33,939 bases of DNA from Eubacteriales bacterium (GCA_045591385.1 JAZNSU010000100.1:1-33939); one strand, 5' to 3'. Shown: positions 17,004 through 24,939, counted from the first letter of the stretch. Notes: generated by a model from the letters alone, not told the origin. A program made the numbers and translations.

Positions 17004-17506
17004 TTAATCTAACCCCTTAATTATCTTTGCCGGTACGCCGGCCACTACACAGTTGTCTGGCACATCGTGCGTAACAACCGCATTTGCCCCAACAATCACG
17101 TTATTGCCAATCATAACGCCGGCGATTATTGTTGATTTGGCCCCCAGAGTACAGTTGTCCCCAATTACAGCAGAAATAAATTTTCCATCTACATTTTCTG
17201 TTGTGATTGTAACCTGATGATAAATTTTGCAATTTTTCCCCACATGAGCATATTTGAATATGATAATACCATTTAAGCCGTGTGGGAGATGCGGAGCTGT
17301 TTCAAATGTTGCTCCGGAACATAAATCCGTACCCATAGACGCATTGTTAAAAGCATCCGACCTCTTTATTTTATAGAGATACAAAAGCTTTAAAGGGGTT
17401 ACCCCCCCCGCACAACATAAGAACGCATTTCCCAATATTTTCGTTCATTGTAGTGGTGAAGCTGTGAATTGAGCCACAAAGCAAACTTTCCTACGTTTAA
17501 TTTCAT
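17004..17506 (-). pseudogene. WcaB/CysE-like hexapeptide O-acetyltransferase interrupted by a G8 tract (frameshifted; candidate phase-OFF allele)
   Basis: ATG 17506-17504 (ATGA overlap with the upstream GT4 stop) opens [35 protein letters not shown], then TAA at 17401-17399. The body, [25 protein letters not shown]...HQVTI...[14 protein letters not shown], continues in another frame directly after the tract. G9 or G6 would give one 167- or 166-aa protein. Confidence 0.75.
17402..17409 (-). repeat. Poly-G (G8) homopolymeric tract inside the acetyltransferase gene
   Basis: Plus strand reads ggggtta-CCCCCCCC-gcacaac. It is the only G/C run of 8 or more nt I found in the AT-rich cassette. Confidence 0.95.
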
Positions 17507-18711
17507 GTTTTCCCACCCACAATCTCTTTATAAAGCTCACAATATTTTTCATATTGATTATGCTTATCGAAATTCTCGGAAACAAATCTTATGCAATTAT
17601 CCGAGAAAGCTGTTTTCTTTTGCTGCCTTATTTTTTTAATTCCTTCGTAGAGATAATCCACACCGTGCTCGCAAACAAAACCACAGCCGTCGCAGATCAA
17701 CTCCGGCAAGGCTGTCTTATTATAGACGACCGCAGGGGTGCCGCAAGCCATCGCTTCAACTACGGTCAGTCCCATCGTTTCTTCCACAGAGGCACTCACA
17801 TAGACATCCGCCATATTGTAATAATCACACAGCTCGCCAGCATTTGCAGTCCTTTTAATGCCGACTATGTTTTCGGGGAGCGTTTCAATCTGCTTGTCGG
17901 TGAGTCCGATAAGGACAATTATCTCATCATCATCTAGTTTATGCGACAACTTTACAAAATCATCCAGTCCCTTTTTGGAATTCCATCCCATAGAAACGCC
18001 CAGAATGACGAATTTATCCTTCATCCGCATTGGCCTTTCAATCTGCTTTTGCTTGAACGTGCTAAGGTCGATTCCATTGTATATTGGAGTAATGTTTTTA
18101 TCAGCAAAATATGATTGTTCTGCTTTCGACTTTACCCAATTAGACACGGTGACGATGTAAAGATTATCCCACCCTTGAAATACTTTTCGCTTTTTCTTAT
18201 GCAAGGATTTCGAACGGTCAAAGAATTTACTGTATGGGAAAAGACTTTTCTGAGGACATTTCCCGCATTGCGTTTTCCATTTATCGCATCCTACAGACTC
18301 AAAATGAGTACAATGACCTGTAACAGCCCAAAAGTCATGCATTGTCCATACTACAGAAATACCACTTTTCTTCAGAAACAGTAAAAGCTTTTCTACATTC
18401 AGATAATAACTGTAAATATTATGCAGATGCACAACATCCGGTTGAGTTTTCTTTATAAACCAAATGGCTTTTGCGGTTGCGATAGGCGAGTGAAATCCGG
18501 AATTACCACACAAAATACCGAGGATTTGATGCAACTTTACGCCAATGGTCGATGAACAAAAATAGACGTTATCCGCTTTTGTCTTTTCTTTGTATCCGGA
18601 GGAAATGATGTAATTTTCAATGTTATTCTCTTGCATCACCTCTGAGAGTTGAGTCACAATTTTACCTGTGCTGCCACTGCTTGACACCCCATTTATTTGA
18701 ACAACTCTCAT
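17503..18711 (-). CDS. Glycosyltransferase family 4 (GT-B)
   Basis: MRVVQINGVSSSGSTGKIV at the N-terminus. The C-terminal portion ADVYVSASVEETMGLTVVEAMACGTPAVV is the GT4 E-x7-E region. SD GGAGTGG upstream. Confidence 0.85.
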   Translation of the reverse strand: MRVVQINGVSSSGSTGKIVTQLSEVMQENNIENYIISSGYKEKTKADNVYFCSSTIGVKLHQILGILCGNSGFHSPIATAKAIWFIKKTQPDVVHLHNIYSYYLNVEKLLLFLKKSGISVVWTMHDFWAVTGHCTHFESVGCDKWKTQCGKCPQKSLFPYSKFFDRSKSLHKKKRKVFQGWDNLYIVTVSNWVKSKAEQSYFADKNITPIYNGIDLSTFKQKQIERPMRMKDKFVILGVSMGWNSKKGLDDFVKLSHKLDDDEIIVLIGLTDKQIETLPENIVGIKRTANAGELCDYYNMADVYVSASVEETMGLTVVEAMACGTPAVVYNKTALPELICDGCGFVCEHGVDYLYEGIKKIRQQKKTAFSDNCIRFVSENFDKHNQYEKYCELYKEIVGGKT

Positions 18712-18729
18712 TCTTTACACCACTCCAAC

Positions 18730-19695
18730 TCATTTTACTTTGATTTTTCTATAAATACTTCTAATCAAATTTCTTCCCTTGCCTATAGCAGAAAAATAAA
18801 TCTTATACCATGATGAAACAATCGCATATTTTACGGGCGATGTCAGCTCTTTAGCGTATGCAAAGGCATATGCGGAAGCATCAGGCATCAACCGTTTTCT
18901 CAAATACCCGCCAAGCCGCAAAAAATACTTGCCTTGCTTATATTCCGGATTTGCATACATTTGGTCAGCAATCCATTTGTGCAGATCATTTCCCTCAATA
19001 TCAAAGGTCGTTACTTTTGTTTTACCTACCTGTCTTTTATGTACACGTCCTCTTATTAAGCAACGATCCAAATAATAGAAATCATAACCGGCAAACAACA
19101 ATCTATACCAATATTCCGCATCTGAAACTGTTCGGATCTTTTCATTGAATCCGCCTATATCATCAAACGCTTTTCTTGGCAGCAAGAAAGAACAACCAGC
19201 TAAGCGATAGTTGTATACGTTGTTCAAAATCATCTCTATCAGCGGTTCTTTTTCTTTGACGTCACTGTAATTGTATTTGAGTATCGTCTTTCCATGAATA
19301 TCAATGGACTCTGCTGCGCATCTTACCACTACTCTATCCAAATTGAGATCGGGATTTTTTTCAAGCAGTTTTCCTACGTAATTCACTTCTTCTTCAACTT
19401 TGGTAGGATAATAGAGGTCATCGTGTGAAAGCCAAGACAACCATTCACCGCTCATATTTTCTATGCAAAGATTGAGTGCCGAGGAAACTCCGCCGTTTTG
19501 CTTTGGAAAATATTTGATTTTATCACCATAAGATAGAGCGATTTTTTCCGTTTCGCCATTATCAGTGGACCCATCATTGACTACAATGATCTCTGTGTTT
19601 TTGTATGTCTGCTCAAGTGCGGAAGCAATGCTTTCGTGAAGATAATTTGCTCCGTTGTATACGGGAATTACGATCGTTACTAAAGGATTATACAC
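18730..19695 (-). CDS. Glycosyltransferase family 2 (GT-A)
   Basis: VTIVIPVYNGANYLHESIASALEQTYKNTEIIVVNDGSTD plus WLSHDDL (DxD-like). GTG start with SD GAGGTGG, overlapping the upstream gene end by 8 nt. Confidence 0.88.
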   Translation of the reverse strand: MYNPLVTIVIPVYNGANYLHESIASALEQTYKNTEIIVVNDGSTDNGETEKIALSYGDKIKYFPKQNGGVSSALNLCIENMSGEWLSWLSHDDLYYPTKVEEEVNYVGKLLEKNPDLNLDRVVVRCAAESIDIHGKTILKYNYSDVKEKEPLIEMILNNVYNYRLAGCSFLLPRKAFDDIGGFNEKIRTVSDAEYWYRLLFAGYDFYYLDRCLIRGRVHKRQVGKTKVTTFDIEGNDLHKWIADQMYANPEYKQGKYFLRLGGYLRKRLMPDASAYAFAYAKELTSPVKYAIVSSWYKIYFSAIGKGRNLIRSIYRKIKVK

Positions 19696-20824
19696 TTTCT
19701 TCCACCTCTTCTCTAATGTATTGTTTGTATATCTGTTCCATCTGTTTTAAGGAGTTTTCTATGCTGAACTTTTCAGCGGTTATTTTTGCTTGCTTAGACA
19801 TTTCTTGATATTGTACTTTGTCGTAATACAAACATTCAATTTTCGCACAAAACTCAGAGATGTCATTAACATCTATAAGGTAACCGTTCTGCTCATTTTT
19901 GACCATTTCCTTGTGCCCTCTGACAACAGAAACAACCGCTGGCAATCCGGACGCCATACCTTCAACTATGTTAATACCAAAGCCCTCTTCAATACTCGCC
20001 GAAATCAAAATATCACTCATTCGTAAAACATCTGGCATATTTGTGCAGAAGCCAAGAAAATCTATATGTTCAGCTACATCGGATTGTTCGGCATACTTTT
20101 TTGTTTCTTCTGCCAAGGCGCCCTTGCCTGCAAACAAAATCTTTACATCAGGGCAATTTTTCACTAGCTCTTTTGTGGCTTCAACAAAAAAACGATGATT
20201 CTTTCTGGGAATAAACTCAGCCACATAGGTCAGAAGGAACTTACCTTCATATCCATTTGATTTTTTCAAGGCTTCTTTATCCTGTGCGGGAGAAAACCTA
20301 TTGATATCAACACCTATTCCGCTTATTTTCGCAATCTTTGTTTTTGGGGATCCAAATTTTTCTTTTGCGTTATTAAAATCCTCCTCGTTGATGGTAATAA
20401 TACAATCAGCGCATGGCGCAAGAAGCTTTTCCATCGTGTAATATAAGAGCCAATTTATTTTTGGCGCACCTTTATAAAAATGAAATCCGTGTGCAGTGTA
20501 TAAAACCTTTGCCCCCTGTTTTCTGATCTTACGAGAGGCGAGCCTACCAATTACACCTCCCATCGGTGTGTGGCAATGCACCATATCGTATTGTTCGGCA
20601 TTTATTATTTTCTTTGCTGTTTTATATGCCGCAAAATTTTTCAATGAAAACGGGGAACGTTCAATCTTAACGTCGTAATATTTATCAAAACCATCCACCT
20701 TTTGCCCGTCGTTATTTGCCATAACATGGACTTCATACCCCATCTCTTTGAACCATTTTATGTATGGCAAATGAAACGCATATATGTGAGACAAAACATT
20801 ACTCACAAATAAAACTTTCTTCAT
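19688..20824 (-). CDS. Glycosyltransferase family 4 (GT-B)
   Basis: MKKVLFVSNVLSHIYAFHLPYIKWF at the N-terminus. C-terminal SDILISASIEEGFGINIVEGMASGLPAVVS (E-x7-E). Start moved to ATG 20824, behind GGGGGAAG. Confidence 0.85.
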   Translation of the reverse strand: MKKVLFVSNVLSHIYAFHLPYIKWFKEMGYEVHVMANNDGQKVDGFDKYYDVKIERSPFSLKNFAAYKTAKKIINAEQYDMVHCHTPMGGVIGRLASRKIRKQGAKVLYTAHGFHFYKGAPKINWLLYYTMEKLLAPCADCIITINEEDFNNAKEKFGSPKTKIAKISGIGVDINRFSPAQDKEALKKSNGYEGKFLLTYVAEFIPRKNHRFFVEATKELVKNCPDVKILFAGKGALAEETKKYAEQSDVAEHIDFLGFCTNMPDVLRMSDILISASIEEGFGINIVEGMASGLPAVVSVVRGHKEMVKNEQNGYLIDVNDISEFCAKIECLYYDKVQYQEMSKQAKITAEKFSIENSLKQMEQIYKQYIREEVEESV

Positions 20825-20860
20825 TCGTGTTCTTCCCCCAAACTGCAAATCCACAACCTA

Positions 20861-21493
20861 TTATTTGTGACTATATAATCCGTCTGCATTCGTAAAATAG
20901 ATGGATCGAATGCCCAGCATTTCAGGCGCAACAAAGTCCTTTTTTATGTTGTCTCCAACATAACACATTTCCTCAAATTCCACACCAAGTGCATCTGCCA
21001 TTTTTATGAACGCCATTTTATTTGGCTTGCGAAATTCAACACCGCCAAGCTCATCCGTAATGATAATGTAGTCAACAAGCTTGTCTAACCCAAGCGCATG
21101 GATTTTTGCCCTTTGTCCTTCCGGCCTGCCGTCAGTAATAATTCCCAGCTTATATCCTTTTGACCGAAGTTGGTCCAACAATTCTTTTGCACCTTCATAA
21201 AAATGAATAGTCGGCTGATGGAATCGATACACGGAAAGACATTTTTGCTTTATTTCATCCGTATAAATGCCTTCTGTTATTAACACATCGTCTATGGCTG
21301 ACTTCTTTTGTTCAAACGCAGCCCACAATTTTTCATCTATTTGTTCCACCTGAGGCAGAATATCGGCAATCGCTCGATAGCCACTTCTCACATATTCCTT
21401 TTCACCATACAGCGTATCATCCAAATCAAATATAATTGCTCGTAATCCTTGAATATATTTTATGACTTCGGTTATGGACGTAATCGTTATCAC
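20861..21493 (-). CDS. HAD-superfamily hydrolase (phosphatase-like)
   Basis: Motif I IIFDLDDTLY, motif II GIITDG and motif IV CYVGDNIKKDF. GTG start directly abutting the ATP-grasp stop, with SD GAGGGAAA. Confidence 0.8.
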   Translation of the reverse strand: MITITSITEVIKYIQGLRAIIFDLDDTLYGEKEYVRSGYRAIADILPQVEQIDEKLWAAFEQKKSAIDDVLITEGIYTDEIKQKCLSVYRFHQPTIHFYEGAKELLDQLRSKGYKLGIITDGRPEGQRAKIHALGLDKLVDYIIITDELGGVEFRKPNKMAFIKMADALGVEFEEMCYVGDNIKKDFVAPEMLGIRSIYFTNADGLYSHK

Positions 21494-22474
21494 TCATTTT
21501 CCCTCATTTATACAAATGCTTTGGTCAAATCGGCTATAAATTGCACCATCCTTTGCTGCCTTTTCCTGATATGTTAATTTTTCTCCATTCAACATTCTTA
21601 ATACAGCCTTGGCGCTATCTGCACCCGCCTTAATGCTCAAAGGTGCGCCCCCGCCAAATCGAGGGTTGATCTCTATATAGAAATTCCCCCCTGTTTTTTC
21701 GTCTTGGATCATCTGCACGGTAATTTGACCGCAAGGCTTATAATCAGCAATTAACTTCATCATTTCTGCAACTATTGTTTCGTCCTGTGTGATCTTCGTT
21801 TTTAGAACTTCGCCGGCACGAACCGCCAGACGCTCTCTTGGTGTAATATATACAGGATTTCCTTCGTAATCACAGAAAATATCAATGGTGTATTCTCTGC
21901 CGCTAATAAATTTCTGTATGATATAATCCTTAACCTTTTGGGTGTACAAATCTAAATCTTCATGATTTTCTATCTTATAGGTATTGATGCTCGAACTACC
22001 ATCCTTAGGTTTAATGAACGCAGGAAAAAGTGCCGAGTCTTCCGACAACATTTGTTTGTATTTTTCTACACTGTTGGTAGAAAAGGGGGATTTCAATCCA
22101 AGAGAAATAAAGTAATTCGCAGTATAGTTCTTATCCCTACACAACTTCACTTTATCCGCTGCAGAGATCAATACTTTTGTTCCTACCGCTTCAAATTGTT
22201 GTTTGTTTTCCGCAAGAAGCATTAAATCTGTATCAATAGTCGGAATTAGACAATCCACCTTCTCATTTTTACAAATAGATAACAGCTGAGGGATATAATT
22301 GCAATCCTTGATTCTGGAAATAATTTTTGCTTCATCACAAAAATACAACGCCGGAGCATCAGATGCAATGTCTGCACCAACTATTGTCAACTCAATTTGC
22401 AATTCACTGGCCGCTTTTCTAAAGGCTTGGATAAGCTCTACACGCCGACCAATACTGGTGAATAGTATCTTCAT
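21494..22474 (-). CDS. ATP-grasp domain ligase
   Basis: N-terminal pre-ATP-grasp region MKILFTSIGRRVELIQAFRKA...LIPTIDTDL, a central FIKPKDGSSS...IIQKFISGREYTIDIF and a C-terminal YIEINPRFGGG (Mg-ATP site). Confidence 0.8.
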   Translation of the reverse strand: MKILFTSIGRRVELIQAFRKAASELQIELTIVGADIASDAPALYFCDEAKIISRIKDCNYIPQLLSICKNEKVDCLIPTIDTDLMLLAENKQQFEAVGTKVLISAADKVKLCRDKNYTANYFISLGLKSPFSTNSVEKYKQMLSEDSALFPAFIKPKDGSSSINTYKIENHEDLDLYTQKVKDYIIQKFISGREYTIDIFCDYEGNPVYITPRERLAVRAGEVLKTKITQDETIVAEMMKLIADYKPCGQITVQMIQDEKTGGNFYIEINPRFGGGAPLSIKAGADSAKAVLRMLNGEKLTYQEKAAKDGAIYSRFDQSICINEGK

Positions 22475-22490
22475 TCAAATTATCTCCCAA

Positions 22491-23135
22491 TCATTTAAGA
22501 ACAACTTGCTTCTGTTCAGTACCCATAAATTCTTCCATTGTAGCCGATGTTTCAGAACTAATTCCATCTCTTTTTAACACTTTCCCGACGGTTTGAAACA
22601 TGATTTTCCAATCCCCTAGAAAAGTAATATTATCAACATATTGAACATCATAATCAAATTTTTGTTCCCAGCTAATAGCATTACGTCCGTTTACTTGGGC
22701 ATATCCGGTAAATCCGGGACGAACTTCATGTCTGCGAGCCTGATGTGCATTGTATCGTGACAAATAACGGGGAAGTAATGGCCGTGGTCCCACCCATGAT
22801 TGCTCCAGCCGCAGTATGTTTATAATGGCAGGCAATTCATCTAGAGATAAGCTACGAAGTGTCTTGCCAAACTTTCCAAGCCTCTCTTCGTCCGAAAGCA
22901 AATTTCCCTCGTTGTCCCTTGCATCGCTCATTGTTCTAAATTTATATAACTTAAATATCTTGCCGTTTAACCCCGGTCTTTCCTGCTTAAATATTACAGG
23001 GGATCCAAGTTTCACTTTTACCAATATTGCAACAACCAGCAAGACAGGGCTTAACATAACAATCGCAAGCAAAGCTAGTATAAAATCTTGAGGTGCTTTT
23101 ATAAACCGCTCATAAAATCCTTTTTTATGTATCAT
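22491..23135 (-). CDS. Small monotopic undecaprenyl-phosphate sugar-phosphate transferase (PglC/EpsL/WcfS type), initiating enzyme
   Basis: One N-terminal re-entrant helix ([20 protein letters not shown]), then [43 protein letters not shown] and [13 protein letters not shown]. Confidence 0.88.
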   Translation of the reverse strand: MIHKKGFYERFIKAPQDFILALLAIVMLSPVLLVVAILVKVKLGSPVIFKQERPGLNGKIFKLYKFRTMSDARDNEGNLLSDEERLGKFGKTLRSLSLDELPAIINILRLEQSWVGPRPLLPRYLSRYNAHQARRHEVRPGFTGYAQVNGRNAISWEQKFDYDVQYVDNITFLGDWKIMFQTVGKVLKRDGISSETSATMEEFMGTEQKQVVLK

Positions 23136-23291
23136 ACCTAGGCCTCACAAAATGTTATTTCACAATTTAACCCGCCATAGATTGCGATCCGTTTTCAGGA
23201 CAATAATACAGTCCTTTATCATCACATTTGTACTAAGTACCTTCTGGATTAATCTTAATTATCCGTGCAATATTTACAGATTTTCTATGTT

Positions 23292-23330
23292 AATGATGGA
23301 TAGCCGAGCGCATTCATCATTGCTCGGCTA
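23292..23330 (-). other. Interlocked complementary segments (hairpin with pseudoknot-like or alternative pairing) in the non-coding spacer
   Basis: Perfect 9-bp stem TAGCCGAGC (23301-23309) / GCTCGGCTA (23322-23330). A 7-nt segment in its loop (CATCATT, 23315-23321) is perfectly complementary to AATGATG (23292-23298) just outside the stem. No U-tract on either strand. Confidence 0.4.
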
Positions 23331-23446
23331 AGTCATCTCCGGATTGTGTTTTGTATGTTTATTAGTATTAAGTCAAATAAGTAATCAGATGCCACTATTC
23401 ACTTGTTTTTGGCTGTCTTACCCTTTTTCAACTCCATACAACACCA

Positions 23447-23475
23447 ATAATTAAAGTTGACTTAGACCATGACAA
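23447..23475 (-). promoter_or_regulatory. Candidate internal sigma-A promoter ahead of the AT-rich cassette
   Basis: Minus strand reads TTGTCA (23470-23475), a 17-nt spacer, then AATTAT (23447-23452). Only a moderate match. Confidence 0.3.
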
Positions 23476-23628
23476 CCCTTTTTGTCAGGGCAGAACCGAA
23501 TAAAAAAACATTCACGACAATATTGCCCGTATTTGACGAAAAACAAATACCGATAAAGTAATACGCTGCATCAACGACAGGCTTTCAAACACCTTATCCA
23601 TGCTATGTAAAATAAAACCTATATCGAT

Positions 23629-24813
23629 TTAATCAAAACAATGCCTTACGATTTCGATGATCTGATCCTGCTGCTCGGCGGTCATCTTGATATCGCTGGG
23701 CAGGCAGAGACCTCTCTCAAAAAGGTCGGCGCCGACATCGGTGCCCGCCGCGGTGACAAACGGGCAGTTTTGATAGAACGGCTGGAGGTGCATCGGTTTC
23801 CAGATGGGACGCCCCTCGGCGTTGCAGCGCTTGAGGGCTTCCAGTATCTCGGTCGGGCAGGACTTGCCTGCTTGTTTGGTGTAGGTGGCCTCCGAATCGG
23901 TGCGCTGTTGCGGGCACATGGCTTCCTTGTCGATCAACAAACAAGAGAGCCAGAAATTGGGTTCCATCTCGTCGGCGGGATAGGGGTTCATCATGATGGG
24001 AAGATCCTTAAAGCCCGCTTTGTACCGCTCATAGATGGCCTTTTTCTTGGTAATGTGCTCCTCTAAATGGGCGAACTGACCGCGGACGACGCCGGCGATC
24101 ACGTTGCTCATGCGGTAATTGTAGCCGATGCCGGTATGCTGATACCACGGGGCGTTTTCGCGGTTCTGGGTCGACCACTGGCGGGTTTGGTGCGCCGCGT
24201 CGCGATCGTTAGTCAGTAACATACCGCCGGAGGAACCGGTGATGATTTTGTTGCCGTTAAAGGAAATGACATTATAGGTACCAAAGGTACCGGTCTGCCG
24301 TCCCTTATAGGTGGCGCCGAAGGACTCGGCCGCATCCTCGATCAAAATGGCGCCGTGTTTTTTAACAATGGCGCAAATCTCATCAAATTTGGCGGGGGTG
24401 CCATACAGGTTAGCCACAATGACAACCTTGGTATCGGGATACTTCTCAAAGGCGCACGAAAGTGCCTTGGGATCCATGTTCCAAGTTTCGTGTTCCGAGT
24501 CGATAAAGATCGGGGTGGCATGCTCATAAACCACGGGGTTTACCGTGGCGGCAAAGGTGGTATCGGTACAAAAGACCGTATCTCCTGCCTTCACGCCGGC
24601 CAGCTTGACCGCCAGATGCAGGGCAGCCGTACCGCAAGACAGGGCAACGGCGTAGCCGCATCCCGTCTTCTCACAAACCAAGCGCTCGATCTCATTTATA
24701 TTTTCACCAATGGTACTCATCCAGTTGGTGTCATAGGCATGCTTAACATATTCCAGTTCCTCCCCGTGCATGGTGGGGGACGCTAACCAGACTTTATCTT
24801 TAAAAGGTTCCAC
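23629..24813 (-). CDS. DegT/DnrJ/EryC1-family PLP-dependent sugar aminotransferase (EpsN/PglE/WcfR-like)
   Basis: WLASPTMHGEELEYVKHAYDTNWMSTIGENINEIE resembles the EpsN N-terminus. Also ALSCGTAALHLA and SFNGNKIITGSSGGML (the PLP lysine region). GTG start 24813 with SD GAGGAAA. Confidence 0.88.
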   Translation of the reverse strand: MEPFKDKVWLASPTMHGEELEYVKHAYDTNWMSTIGENINEIERLVCEKTGCGYAVALSCGTAALHLAVKLAGVKAGDTVFCTDTTFAATVNPVVYEHATPIFIDSEHETWNMDPKALSCAFEKYPDTKVVIVANLYGTPAKFDEICAIVKKHGAILIEDAAESFGATYKGRQTGTFGTYNVISFNGNKIITGSSGGMLLTNDRDAAHQTRQWSTQNRENAPWYQHTGIGYNYRMSNVIAGVVRGQFAHLEEHITKKKAIYERYKAGFKDLPIMMNPYPADEMEPNFWLSCLLIDKEAMCPQQRTDSEATYTKQAGKSCPTEILEALKRCNAEGRPIWKPMHLQPFYQNCPFVTAAGTDVGADLFERGLCLPSDIKMTAEQQDQIIEIVRHCFD

Positions 24814-24909
24814 AATTATTTCCTCAAATCTACTTATACTTTTCCTCTGTCTGGGTATATGCGATGCTATGAGATTGTAAAGGGTAAACCAAACGATTTA
24901 TACCGAAGT

Positions 24910-24939
24910 GTGCCCGTAGTCGCGAGAGACTACGGGCAC
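24910..24939 (-). terminator. GC-rich hairpin after the LCP gene (attenuator or mRNA-stabiliser candidate; no U-tract)
   Basis: Perfect 12-bp stem GTGCCCGTAGTC / GACTACGGGCAC with a 6-nt loop, 55 nt downstream of the LCP stop. The minus strand continues ACTTCGGTATAAA, which is not U-rich. Confidence 0.4.

Noticed and set aside
17399-17506. The 35-codon ORF upstream of the G tract as an independent small gene
   Set aside because: Its sequence continues naturally into the acetyltransferase body once the tract length is changed by one nucleotide, and the downstream part lacks a credible start of its own. It is better explained as the 5' part of one interrupted gene.
23285-23320. 11-codon mini-ORF (MMNALGYPSLT) overlapping the spacer hairpin, as a possible leader peptide
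   Set aside because: The nearest GGAG is about 17 nt upstream of the ATG, which is poor spacing. The peptide has no regulatory-codon enrichment. It cannot be supported from sequence alone.
23263-23531. Imperfect inverted repeat (ccgtGCAATATT at 23263-23274 and AATATTGCccgt at 23520-23531) flanking the candidate internal promoter, as a possible invertible promoter switch
   Set aside because: Only 8 perfect bp (10/12 with extension). A rough count shows an inverted 8-mer is expected about once by chance in ~490 bp of AT-rich DNA. No site-specific recombinase gene is in the window.
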